Source: Mycobacteriales bacterium
Lineage (GTDB): Bacteria; Actinomycetota; Actinomycetes; Mycobacteriales; Pseudonocardiaceae
DNA: 64,000 nucleotides
Direction of reading: 5' to 3'
NCBI GenBank assembly: GCA_038276315.1
Contig: JBBPZY010000151.1
Span: 16,659-80,658 of the forward strand
Positions within the stretch are counted from its first letter, which is position 1, and each line of letters begins with the position of its first letter. The position numbers were made by a program, and so were the translations under genes. The notes below the pieces were generated by a model. The model searched no databases, was not told the DNA's origin, and saw nothing but the letters and a program-made list of their open reading frames with translations. Below are positions 31,238 to 41,803 of this stretch, piece after piece.

Positions 31238-31537
31238 CTAAAGCTGCGCTCCGTCGTCGGGTCCTTCCGGTGCCGCGTCGGACCGCAGCCCTATCACCAG
31301 CCAGCCGATCCCGGCGGTGACAGCGAGCAGCCCCAGCGGTGTTGCCACCCGCTCACCGAGATCCAGCAGATCCGGTAACGCCAGCAACAACAGGCCAACG
31401 ATGAGCATGAGCACGCCGCCTACCGTTCGGGCGCGCGGTATTAGCAGTGGTGCTGGCTCTGGCGGCTCGAAATGGTCCTCATGGGCGTCGCTCGCTGGCC
31501 AGCGTGGTTCCTCCGGCTCGGTGAAGGGCAACTCCAA
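31238..31537 (-). CDS. hypothetical two-TM membrane protein
   Basis: Acidic N-terminus followed by two hydrophobic helices. No family recognised. Confidence 0.45.
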   Translation of the reverse strand: MELPFTEPEEPRWPASDAHEDHFEPPEPAPLLIPRARTVGGVLMLIVGLLLLALPDLLDLGERVATPLGLLAVTAGIGWLVIGLRSDAAPEGPDDGAQL

Positions 31538-31728
31538 GACACCACTCTCCGTGCTCGGTCGGGTCGCTGCGGGGCTGACGGTACCGGGTCCGGCGCCACC
31601 GAAGGCGGTATCGAACCCGCGCGCTGGCGAGCTGCGTACGCCAGGGTGGAGCGCGGCCGTTGTGCCCTGGATACCTTGCTCCGTACGCTGGTTGACAACG
31701 CGGCGCGCGAGGGTAAGGGAAGGATTGG

Positions 31729-32442
31729 TTGTCGGTGTTCTACTGGCTGCTCAAACACTTGCTGCTCGGCCCGTTGATGCGGTTGACCTGCCACCCGAAG
31801 GTCCAGGGCGCCGAGCATATCCCCGATCGCGGTGGCGCCATTCTGGCCAGCAATCACCTCGCAGTCGCCGACTCCTTCTTCCTGCCTCTGATGATCCGTC
31901 GCCGGCTGACGTTCTTGGCCAAGCGGGAGTACTTCACCACGCCTGGGGTGCGAGGATGGCTCAAGCGGCAGTTCTTCAACGCGGCCGGTCAGGTTCCCAT
32001 CGACCGCTCCAGCGCGTCGGCCGCGCAGGCGGCGCTGGACACCGGAGTGCGGTTGTTGGGTCACGGCAAGCTGCTCGGCATCTATCCAGAAGGAACTCGT
32101 TCTCCGGACGGCCGGTTGTACAAGGGCAAGACCGGCGTCGCGCGGATGGCGCTGGAGGCCGGCGTCCCGGTGATTCCGGTCGTGATGGTCGGCACGGACA
32201 AAGTCAGCCCCATCGGCAAAAAAATGTGGCGGCCGCATCGTGTTGAAATACGTTTCGGTGCGCCGTTGGACTTCTCCCGCTACGCGGGCCTGGCGGGTGA
32301 CCGGTTCATCGAGCGATCCATGGTCGACGAGATCATGTATTCCTTGATGGAGCTGTCCGGACAGGAATACGTCGATAGATACGCGACTTCGGTCAAGGAT
32401 CGAGAGCCGCCTCCGTCGCAGGACGTCCTTAGGGCGTCCTGA
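31729..32442 (+). CDS. plsC: 1-acyl-sn-glycerol-3-phosphate acyltransferase
   Basis: NHLAVAD (HX4D) and IYPEGTRS motifs. Confidence 0.9.
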   Translation: MSVFYWLLKHLLLGPLMRLTCHPKVQGAEHIPDRGGAILASNHLAVADSFFLPLMIRRRLTFLAKREYFTTPGVRGWLKRQFFNAAGQVPIDRSSASAAQAALDTGVRLLGHGKLLGIYPEGTRSPDGRLYKGKTGVARMALEAGVPVIPVVMVGTDKVSPIGKKMWRPHRVEIRFGAPLDFSRYAGLAGDRFIERSMVDEIMYSLMELSGQEYVDRYATSVKDREPPPSQDVLRAS

Positions 32443-32480
32443 TCGATGGTGTTCGCCGGCGTTGCGTAGGCTGACCGGCC

Positions 32481-32984
32481 GTGCGGTTCTTCTACGACTG
32501 CGAGTTCATCGAGGATGGCGTCACCATCGAGCTGATCTCCATCGGAGTGGTGGACGAGCAGGGTCGGGAGTATTACGCGGTATCCACCGAGTTCGATCCA
32601 CAGCGGGCCGGCGACTGGGTGCGAGCACACGTTTTGCCGAAGCTGCCGTCGCCGGCCGACCAGGCATGGCGCGGGCGGACGGCTATCCGGGACACGTTGC
32701 TCGAGTATCTCACCTCCTCGGGCGAGCGGGTGGAGCTGTGGGCGTGGTTCGCCGCCTATGACCACGTCGCTCTCGCCCAACTGTGGGGCCCGATGCCAGC
32801 GTTGCCGCGGACGCTACCTCGGTTTACGCGGGACCTGCGCCAGCGCTGGGAGGACGCCGGCAAGCCGGCGTTGCCCCCGCCGCCCTGTGACGCCCACGAC
32901 GCGGTGGCCGATGCCCGCTACAACCTCGTCCGATGGCGGGTGATCGAGCAGCACCGGCTGGCGCAGCGAAACCGTCCACGTTGA
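32481..32984 (+). CDS. 3'-5' exoribonuclease, Rv2179c/RNase AS-like
   Basis: MRFFYDCEFIEDG...ELISIG is a DEDD-type start. Length 167 aa. Confidence 0.85.
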   Translation: MRFFYDCEFIEDGVTIELISIGVVDEQGREYYAVSTEFDPQRAGDWVRAHVLPKLPSPADQAWRGRTAIRDTLLEYLTSSGERVELWAWFAAYDHVALAQLWGPMPALPRTLPRFTRDLRQRWEDAGKPALPPPPCDAHDAVADARYNLVRWRVIEQHRLAQRNRPR

Positions 32985-33066
32985 CCTGGCGCTTTGCCGC
33001 ATCGATCCTTCTCATGCCAGGCTCTCGCCCGTCAATCCAGTATACGGAGCGGGAAGGCGAATCGAC

Positions 33067-34089
33067 ATGCGCATCGGCGTGCTCACCGGGGGCGGTGACT
33101 GCCCCGGGCTCAATGCGGTGATCCGGGCGGTGGTCCGCAAGGGCATCGAGGTCTACGGGCACGAGATCATCGGGTTCCGGGACGGCTGGCGTGGTCCGAT
33201 GGAAGGTCTGGTCCAACCGCTCGGTCTGGCTGACGTGGAGCACATCCTTCCTCTCGGCGGCACCATCCTGCGGACCTCGCGCACCAACCCGTACCGCAAC
33301 GGCGGCGCCGAGCAAGTCAAGCAGACCCTCGCCGAGCACGGCGTGGACGCGCTGATTGCGATCGGCGGCGAAGACACCCTCGGGGTGGCCAGCCGGCTCA
33401 GTGATGACGGGATTGTTGTGGTGGGGGTACCCAAGACGATCGACAACGACCTCAGTGCCACCGACTACACGTTCGGCTTCGACACCGCCGTCCACATCGC
33501 CACCGAGGCGATCGACCGGCTGCGCACCACTGCCGAATCGCACCACCGGGCGGCGGTTGTCGAGGTGATGGGCCGCAGCGCGGGCTGGATTGCCCTGCAT
33601 TCCGGGATGGCCGGCGGGGCGAATGTCATCCTGATGCCGGAACGGCCGTTCTCCGTGGACCGGGTGTGCAAGTGGGTCGTCCGATGCCTCGAGAGGGAAG
33701 ACGCCGCAATCGTCGTGGTTGCCGAAGGTGCCCTACCGGAGGGCGGCGCGGAGCTGCTCGCCACCGCGGAGGTCGACGCCTTCGGCCACAAGCGCCTCGG
33801 TGGCGTCGGCATCTGGTTGGCCGACGAGATCGCCCAACGCACCGGCGCCGAGTCCCGCGCTGTGGTTCTGGGACACATTCAGCGCGGCGGCACGCCTACT
33901 GCCTACGACCGGGTGCTAGCCACCCGGTTCGGGGTACACGCAGTCGACGCGGTGCACGAGGGCGACGGTGGCGTGATGGTTGCGTTGCGCGGCACCGACA
34001 TCATCCGGGTGAAGCTGGCCGAGGCCACGGCAATAGTCAAGACAGTGCCACCGGAGCGGCATGCGGAGGCCGAGGTTTTCTTCGGCTGA
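33067..34089 (+). CDS. pfkA: ATP-dependent 6-phosphofructokinase
   Basis: MRIGVLTGGGDCPGLNAVIR, GIGGEDT, PKTIDND. Confidence 0.95.
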   Translation: MRIGVLTGGGDCPGLNAVIRAVVRKGIEVYGHEIIGFRDGWRGPMEGLVQPLGLADVEHILPLGGTILRTSRTNPYRNGGAEQVKQTLAEHGVDALIAIGGEDTLGVASRLSDDGIVVVGVPKTIDNDLSATDYTFGFDTAVHIATEAIDRLRTTAESHHRAAVVEVMGRSAGWIALHSGMAGGANVILMPERPFSVDRVCKWVVRCLEREDAAIVVVAEGALPEGGAELLATAEVDAFGHKRLGGVGIWLADEIAQRTGAESRAVVLGHIQRGGTPTAYDRVLATRFGVHAVDAVHEGDGGVMVALRGTDIIRVKLAEATAIVKTVPPERHAEAEVFFG

Positions 34090-35564
<1,475 letters not shown>

Positions 35565-35568
35565 GCAC

Positions 35569-37512
35569 TCACAGCGTTGAGAGCGCCACAGTAGCGCCGG
35601 GGCGAACGGGCCGGCCGGCCGGCGGGGACTGCGAGACCACCCGGTCCGAGAAGCCGCCGAGAAATCCGAAGCCGCCGAACAACCCGACGCCGCCGGGAGA
35701 CTGGCTGACCGTGCTGTTCAGCCCCGCGTCCGCGAGCACCTGGCGAGCCTGCGCGACCGAGAGCCCGACCACACTGGGAACGACAGACGCGGTGCTGACC
35801 AGCAGGGTGACGTTGGTGCCACGGGCCGCGCCGGTACCGGCCTTGGGGTCGGTGCCGATCGCGTGCCCACCGGCGATCTGGCCATCGAACTGGCGCTGCA
35901 CCTGCACCGTCAGGCCGGCGCGGGACAGCATTGAGAGCGCAGCACCCTGGGGTAACCCTCGCACATCCGGCACCCTGGTCGGGGCGGGCCCCTTGCTGAG
36001 CACCACGGTCACTGGCGCGCCGACGGTGAGCATGGTTCCGGACGCCGGCTGCAGCCCGATCACGGCGCCTACCGGGACGGCGTCATCGAATTTCGCGGCG
36101 TCGGCATCCAGCCGCGGGCTCAGATCCGCCTGCTGGACTGCCCGCTGCGCCTCCTCCGGCGTGCTTCCAATCGCCACGTCGGGCACCACCGGATGGCCCA
36201 GCGAGATCACCACATTGATGTCCGAGCCGCGCCGCGCGCGCTGGCCCGGAGCGGGGTCGCTGCGGATCACCGTGTCGCCTGGGACGGTGTCGTTGTGGTC
36301 GTCCGTGAGATTGGCCTTCAGATCAGCGGAGGACAGAACGCCGGCCACCGCCCCGCGTTGCAGACCCATGAGATCGGGAACCACGGTCCACCGGCCGCTG
36401 CCCAGCCACCATGCGCCCACCCCGACCGCGCTTGCGAGCATCAACACGACCGTTATCCAGGCGATGAAGGCTCGCCGGTTACGAGCGCGCTCGCGTAGGT
36501 AGAGATCGTCGTGTGGAGCCAGCGCGCCTGCTGCGATCTCGTCCCTGGCGAGAGCTCGAGTTGCCTGCGGTCCGTGTTCGGGCGGGCGGACCACCGTGGC
36601 GCCGGCTAACCCAGTTGGCACCGCGGGTACCGGTACCCGATCGATTCCCAGCTGGGTTCGCACTGACTGCAACTCCCGAAGGAACGCCGCTGCGTCTGAC
36701 GGCCGGGCGTCCGGGTCCCGTCGGGTGGCTCGCACGATGAGGTCGTCCAGCGGCGCGGGCACCGCGGCACCAGCTGTGCTCGGGGCCGGCATGTCGTCGT
36801 TGACGTGGTGATAAGCCACCGACAATGCGGTCTCGCCGGTGTAGGGCGGAGCTCCCGTGAGCATCTCGAATAGCATCACTCCGGTGGCGTAGACATCACT
36901 GCGGGCGTCGGCCGCACCGGTCGCGACCTGCTCGGGCGAAAGGTAGGCCACCGTTCCGAGGATGACGTCTCCAGTGCTGCTGCTGGCCTCGGCCACTGCG
37001 CGGACCAATCCGAAGTCGGCCACTTTGACCACGCCACCTGGTCCGATGAGGACGTTCTCCGGCTTGATGTCGCGATGTACTAGCCCCTCCCAGTGCGCCG
37101 CGGCTAGCGCCGAGAGCACTATGTCGGCCACTGAGAGTGCGAGCGGCACCGGCAGCGGGCCGCGCTGGCGCAGCAGGTCCCGCAAGGTTCCGCCATCTAC
37201 CAGTTCCATCACCAGGAAGACGGAGTCACCAATGGGGGAGGAGTCGACACCTTGGTCATGAACCGCGACGATCCCAGGATGATGCAAGCGCGCGGCCGCG
37301 CGGGCTTCCCGCTCGAAGCGCTGCAGGAACAGCGGGTCGGCGGCGAACCGCGGTGCCATCACCTTGATGGCGACCGGACGTTCCAGCCGGGTGTCCGTGC
37401 CCCGGTAGACGGTGGACATGCCGCCGTGGGCCAGCATCGAACCGACCTGGTAGCGCCCCTCCAACAGGGCGCCGACCAGGTTGCCGTCGTGATCGGGCCC
37501 CTGTCGCTCCAC
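35569..37512 (-). CDS. Ser/Thr protein kinase with TM helix and four C-terminal PASTA repeats (PknL-position orthologue)
   Basis: Kinase motifs VAIKVM, HRDIKPEN, DFGL and SPEQ, one TM helix, and four approximately 65-aa repeats of the form VPDv.G....A...L...GL. Confidence 0.9.
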   Translation of the reverse strand: MERQGPDHDGNLVGALLEGRYQVGSMLAHGGMSTVYRGTDTRLERPVAIKVMAPRFAADPLFLQRFEREARAAARLHHPGIVAVHDQGVDSSPIGDSVFLVMELVDGGTLRDLLRQRGPLPVPLALSVADIVLSALAAAHWEGLVHRDIKPENVLIGPGGVVKVADFGLVRAVAEASSSTGDVILGTVAYLSPEQVATGAADARSDVYATGVMLFEMLTGAPPYTGETALSVAYHHVNDDMPAPSTAGAAVPAPLDDLIVRATRRDPDARPSDAAAFLRELQSVRTQLGIDRVPVPAVPTGLAGATVVRPPEHGPQATRALARDEIAAGALAPHDDLYLRERARNRRAFIAWITVVLMLASAVGVGAWWLGSGRWTVVPDLMGLQRGAVAGVLSSADLKANLTDDHNDTVPGDTVIRSDPAPGQRARRGSDINVVISLGHPVVPDVAIGSTPEEAQRAVQQADLSPRLDADAAKFDDAVPVGAVIGLQPASGTMLTVGAPVTVVLSKGPAPTRVPDVRGLPQGAALSMLSRAGLTVQVQRQFDGQIAGGHAIGTDPKAGTGAARGTNVTLLVSTASVVPSVVGLSVAQARQVLADAGLNSTVSQSPGGVGLFGGFGFLGGFSDRVVSQSPPAGRPVRPGATVALSTL

Positions 37513-37577
37513 AATCTGAGGATCGTACGGACCGGCGCGCCCCGGACGGCGGAAGGGCGCCGGCTGGCCGGTATGGC

Positions 37578-37955
37578 ATGGTGACCACCGTGAGCGACCT
37601 CCCCATCGCCCTGGACGTGCTCGACCCTGCGGTGGAGGTGCTGCCGCTACCTGATGTCGCGCAACAGCTGGGACTGCCGGTGACCCGAGTGCACCAGATG
37701 ATTCGCGACGGGCAGCTGATGGGGGTACGCCGCGCCGGCGTGGTGTTGATCCCCGCGGACTTCCTCTGCGGCGATGCGGTTGTCAAGGGACTGCCCGGCA
37801 CGATCACCTTGTTGCGTGACTCCGGCTACTCTGCCGAGGAGATCCTGCGCTGGTTGTTCACCGAGGAGAATTCGTTGCCCGGCACCCCGATCGGCGCGCT
37901 GCGAACGAACCGTGGGCGCGAGGTGAAGCGCCGAGCCCAGGCGATGGGATTCTGA
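37578..37955 (+). CDS. Rv2175c-like DNA-binding protein
   Basis: LPLPDVAQQLGLPVTRVHQMIRDGQL (wHTH) and a C-terminal ...GREVKRRAQAMGF. Divergent from the kinase gene, as in mycobacteria. Confidence 0.85.
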   Translation: MVTTVSDLPIALDVLDPAVEVLPLPDVAQQLGLPVTRVHQMIRDGQLMGVRRAGVVLIPADFLCGDAVVKGLPGTITLLRDSGYSAEEILRWLFTEENSLPGTPIGALRTNRGREVKRRAQAMGF

Positions 37956-38079
37956 CTGGATCATTCTGCTGGCCCGCTTCCTACGGCCGTCCTCCCACGC
38001 CATGATTGGGCGCGGTATCCTCGCAATTCCGCTGTGACCTAGTGGGGATTGTGGTTGGTCAGCCAAAGGAGGAAACGCA

Positions 38080-38280
38080 ATGCTGGGGAAACTGGGGAAG
38101 CTCGTTGTGCTGGCGGGGGCCGTGGAGGCCGCTCGCCGGTACGCCAAGACCAACCCCGACGCGGTCGGCAAGGTCGCAGACCAGGCCGGCCGGCTCGTCG
38201 ATCAGTGCACCAAGGGCAAGTTCAGCAACCAGATTGACGGCGCGGTGCGCAAGGTCCAGGACACCACCGGCCGAGGCTAG
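38080..38280 (+). CDS. MT0933-like (antitoxin-like/CsbD-like) small protein
   Basis: 66 aa. ...VDQCTKGKFSNQIDGAVRKVQD resembles the D..T.GK....ID motif of that family. AAAGGAGGAA lies upstream. Confidence 0.6.
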   Translation: MLGKLGKLVVLAGAVEAARRYAKTNPDAVGKVADQAGRLVDQCTKGKFSNQIDGAVRKVQDTTGRG

Positions 38281-38311
38281 TTGTAGGCATCCGATCAGGG
38301 TCCGAAGCCAG

Positions 38312-38351
38312 GCCCGTCGAACCGGTCCACAGTGAGGACTGTTCGACGGGC
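38312..38351. terminator. 11-bp perfect hairpin after the small protein gene
   Basis: GCCCGTCGAAC-18 nt-GTTCGACGGGC. Confidence 0.45.
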
Positions 38352-38478
38352 TGGCGGCGGCGGGGATGCTGCCCGGACGCACGCCGCGCGAGGGCATCAG
38401 CGGCATCGCCGGTGGACTCTTCGGCGGCTGAACTCAGTTTGCGCGCTAGTGCCTGGCGGTGATGCGAGACTGGTCACC

Positions 38479-39042
38479 ATGGCTGTGAACTCGATGATGG
38501 TCCCGCTCGGCACGCCAGCGCCACCGTTCGCCTTGCCATCTCTGGCCGGTGAGATCGTGACCCTTGATGGCCTTGCCCCTGGTCGACCAGTACTGGTGAT
38601 GTTCCTGTCCAACCACTGCCCCTATGTCCGGCACCTCGAGCGGGAACTCGTCTTGCTTGTTGCCGAGTACGCGCAGGACGTCGCTGCGGTGGCGATCTGC
38701 AGCAACGACATCGAGAACTATCCCGACGACGGGCCGGAGGGGTTGCTCGAGCAGTCCTACCGAGCCGGTTTCACCTTCCCATACCTGTTCGACGACACCC
38801 AGAAGGTTGCACTGGCCTACCGGGCCGCGTGCACCCCCGACTTCTTCCTCTATGACATCGAGCGCAAGCTCGTCTACCGGGGCGAGTTCGACGAGTCCCG
38901 CCCACGCAACAATGCCCCGGTGACCGGCAACGCATTGCGAGCGGCGCTGAAACTGGTGCTGGCAGGGCAACCGGTACCCGAACCGCACGTGCCCAGCATG
39001 GGCTGTGGCATCAAGTGGAAGCCAGGCAACGCGCCGTCCTGA
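38479..39042 (+). CDS. thioredoxin-fold (AhpC/TSA, TlpA-like) protein
   Basis: 187 aa from the ATG at 38479. PAPPFALPSL...VLVMFLSNHCPYV. Confidence 0.85.
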   Translation: MAVNSMMVPLGTPAPPFALPSLAGEIVTLDGLAPGRPVLVMFLSNHCPYVRHLERELVLLVAEYAQDVAAVAICSNDIENYPDDGPEGLLEQSYRAGFTFPYLFDDTQKVALAYRAACTPDFFLYDIERKLVYRGEFDESRPRNNAPVTGNALRAALKLVLAGQPVPEPHVPSMGCGIKWKPGNAPS

Positions 39043-39106
39043 CCGCGCTGCGCAGCTAGAGCAGGCCGTCCGCGCACCGATCGGGATGCTCAACAGCTCG
39101 CAGGGT

Positions 39107-39166
39107 CCCGAGCTCAACCACAGAGCTCCGCAGCATCGGTGGATCAGCTCTGCTGTTGAGCTCGGG
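39107..39166. terminator. imperfect 20-bp hairpin between the convergent thioredoxin-like and helicase genes
   Basis: CCCGAGCTCAACCACAGAGC ... GCTCTGCTGTTGAGCTCGGG, with 2 mismatches and an 18-20 nt loop. Confidence 0.45.
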
Positions 39167-39195
39167 GGTGTCAGCGTCGTTGATTGGGTCAGCGA

Positions 39196-41700
39196 TTAGA
39201 GCTGGCCGACCGCGGTCACCCACAGTACGGCGGTTCCGGACTCGTCGGAGGCGGCCAGGTCGACCTCAGCCATGATTGCCCAGTCGTGGTGCTCGGCCGG
39301 GTCGTCCAGTATCTGGCGCACCACCCACCGGTCAGGCTGCTCGTCGATGATCAGCAGCCGTGGGCCGCGGGCGTCCGCGCCGGTGCCGATCTCGTCATGC
39401 TCGTCGAAGTACGGTTCCACGGCCGCGCGCCACGAGTCAGCGTCCCATCCGGCGTCCGCGTCGAGCTCGCCCAGGTCGTCCCATCGCCGCCGGGCAGCCA
39501 GCTCCACCCGGCGGAACAGCGCGTTGCGCACCAGGATCCGGAAAGCCCGCGCATTGGCCGTCACCGGCGGAGGTCGCTGATCTATCGACGCCGGTACCGC
39601 GTCCGGCGCCTGCGGGTCGCGCAGTTTTTCCCATTCGTCGAGCAGGCTGGAGTCGACTTGGCGGACCAGCTCGCCGAGCCACTCCTGCAGGTCGCGTAGC
39701 TCGTCGGTCTTGGCGTCCTCGGGTACGGTGCGGCGCAGCGCCTGGTAGGCGTTGGCGAGGTAGCGCAGTACTAACCCTTCGGAGCGGGCGAGGCCGTAGA
39801 AACCGACGTACTCGGTGAAGGTCATCGCCCGCTCGGCGAGGTCCCGCGCCACCGATTTGGGGGACAGCCGATGATCGGCCACCCACGGGTGGCCTGCCCG
39901 GTAGATCTCGAATGAAGCGTCGAGCAGCTCAGCCAGTGGCATCGGATAGCTGACGTCGTCCAGCAGGCGCATCCGCTCCTCGTACTCGATGCCTTCGGCC
40001 TTCATCGCCGCCACGGCCTCGCCCTTGGCCTTGGACAGTTGCGCGCTCAGTACCTGCCGCGGATCGTCGAGGGTGGCCTCGAGCACCGACAGCACGTCCA
40101 GCGGATAGTCAACCGACTCCGGATCGAGCAGCTCGATAGCGGCCAGCGCGAACGGAGACAGCGCTTGGTTCAGCGCGAAGTCGAGTTGCAGGTCCCCGGT
40201 GAGCCGCACGGTCCGACCCTGGGTGTCCGGGACCGCCAACCGCTCGACGACACCAGCGGCCAGCAGCGCTCGATAAATCGCGATGGCCTGCAGGATGTGC
40301 CGGCGCTGCGCGGGGCGCTCCTCGTGGTTGTCAGTAAGCAGCTGGCGCATCGCCGCGAAGGCGTCACCGGGCCGGTTGGCGACGTTGAGCAGCATCGCGT
40401 GGCTCACCGCAAAACTAGATGTCAGCGGCTCTGGTTCGGCTGCGACCAGCCGGTCGAAGGTGCGGTCGCTCCAGGACACCGCTCCCTCGGCAGGTTTCTT
40501 GTGGACCACCCTGCGGCGCTTGCGGGGATCGTCTCCGGCCTTGGCCACGGCCTTGACGTTCGCAACCACGTGTTCAGGCGCCTGCACGACGACATCGCCG
40601 GCGAGGTCGTAGCCGGCCCGGCCGGCTCGCCCGGTGATCTGGTGGAACTCCCGGGCGGTGAGGTGGCGGGTGCGGGTGCCGTCGTACTTGCCCAGCGCGG
40701 TGAGCAACACCGTGCGGATCGGCACGTTGATCCCCACGCCGAGGGTGTCGGTACCACAGATGATCTTCAGCAGGCCGGCCTGGGCGAGCCGCTCGACGAG
40801 CCGGCGATACCGCGGCAGCATCCCGGCGTGGTGCACCCCGATCCCGTGGCGCACCAGCCGGGACAGGGTTCTTCCAAAACCGGCCGTGAAGCGGAATCCA
40901 CCGATCAGCTCGGCGATGGCGTCCTTTTCCGCCCGACTGCAGACGTTGATACTGGTCAGTGCCTGTGCCTGCTCGGCGGCCGATGCCTGGGTGAAGTGCA
41001 CCACATAGACCGGTGCCGCCTTGATGGCCAGCAGTTCTTCCAGCGTCTCGTGCAGCGGCGTCGTCACGTACCGGAAGTGCAGCGGAACCGGTCGCTGCGC
41101 GGAGTGGACCACCGCGGTAGGGCGGCCGGTGCGCCGGGTCAAGTCCGGCTTGAAGCGGCTGACGTCGCCCAGCGTCGCGGACATCAGCAAGAACTGTGCC
41201 TGCGGGAGCTCGAGCAGCGGAACCTGCCACGCCCAGCCGCGATCAGGATCGGCGTAGTAGTGGAACTCGTCCATCACGACCAGGCCCGCATCGGTGTGCG
41301 GTCCGCTGCGCAGGGCCATGTTGGCCAGCACTTCAGCGGTGCAGCAGATGATGGGTGCCTCGGCGTTGACGCTGGAGTCACCGGTCAGCATCCCAACCTG
41401 ATCAGCACCGAAAACGTCGCACGCCGCAAAGAACTTCTCCGACACCAGTGCCTTGATCGGCGCGGTGTAGACACTGCGCCTGCGCTGCGCCAGTGCGGTC
41501 GCGTGCGCGCCGGTCGCGACGAGACTCTTACCGGATCCGGTCGGAGTGGCCAAGATCACGTTGGAGCCTGACACGATCTCTATCAGCGCCTCTTCCTGGG
41601 CGGGATACAGGACCAGGCCCTGTTCTGAGACCCAGGCCACAAACGTGTCGAACAGCTCGTCGGGCCCGGTAGCGGCGGGTAGCGTCTCGGTGAGCGTCAT
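39196..41700 (-). CDS. DEAD/DEAH-box helicase with DUF3516-type C-terminal domain
   Basis: ATPTGSGKS (motif I), MDEFH (motif II), SAT. Length 834 aa. Confidence 0.9.
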   Translation of the reverse strand: MTLTETLPAATGPDELFDTFVAWVSEQGLVLYPAQEEALIEIVSGSNVILATPTGSGKSLVATGAHATALAQRRRSVYTAPIKALVSEKFFAACDVFGADQVGMLTGDSSVNAEAPIICCTAEVLANMALRSGPHTDAGLVVMDEFHYYADPDRGWAWQVPLLELPQAQFLLMSATLGDVSRFKPDLTRRTGRPTAVVHSAQRPVPLHFRYVTTPLHETLEELLAIKAAPVYVVHFTQASAAEQAQALTSINVCSRAEKDAIAELIGGFRFTAGFGRTLSRLVRHGIGVHHAGMLPRYRRLVERLAQAGLLKIICGTDTLGVGINVPIRTVLLTALGKYDGTRTRHLTAREFHQITGRAGRAGYDLAGDVVVQAPEHVVANVKAVAKAGDDPRKRRRVVHKKPAEGAVSWSDRTFDRLVAAEPEPLTSSFAVSHAMLLNVANRPGDAFAAMRQLLTDNHEERPAQRRHILQAIAIYRALLAAGVVERLAVPDTQGRTVRLTGDLQLDFALNQALSPFALAAIELLDPESVDYPLDVLSVLEATLDDPRQVLSAQLSKAKGEAVAAMKAEGIEYEERMRLLDDVSYPMPLAELLDASFEIYRAGHPWVADHRLSPKSVARDLAERAMTFTEYVGFYGLARSEGLVLRYLANAYQALRRTVPEDAKTDELRDLQEWLGELVRQVDSSLLDEWEKLRDPQAPDAVPASIDQRPPPVTANARAFRILVRNALFRRVELAARRRWDDLGELDADAGWDADSWRAAVEPYFDEHDEIGTGADARGPRLLIIDEQPDRWVVRQILDDPAEHHDWAIMAEVDLAASDESGTAVLWVTAVGQL

Positions 41701-41803
41701 GATGACACGATCGTGCCCCCGGCGCTTCTGCCAAGGGGAAGCGGGGCAGCTCGGCCAGGGTGCTGACCCGGCTCCGGCGGGATAATCTGGTCCCGGGTCG
41801 GGG

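Noticed and set aside
31317-32246. 309-aa plus-strand ORF overlapping plsC, and 265-aa minus-strand ORF 31441-32238
   Set aside because: These are shadow frames of plsC and the small membrane protein gene. No motifs, and the composition is biased.
40039-41571. 510-aa plus-strand ORF
   Set aside because: It is entirely antisense to the well-supported helicase gene. Its Arg/Gly/Ala/Pro-rich composition is typical of out-of-frame translation of high-GC DNA, and no motif is recognisable.
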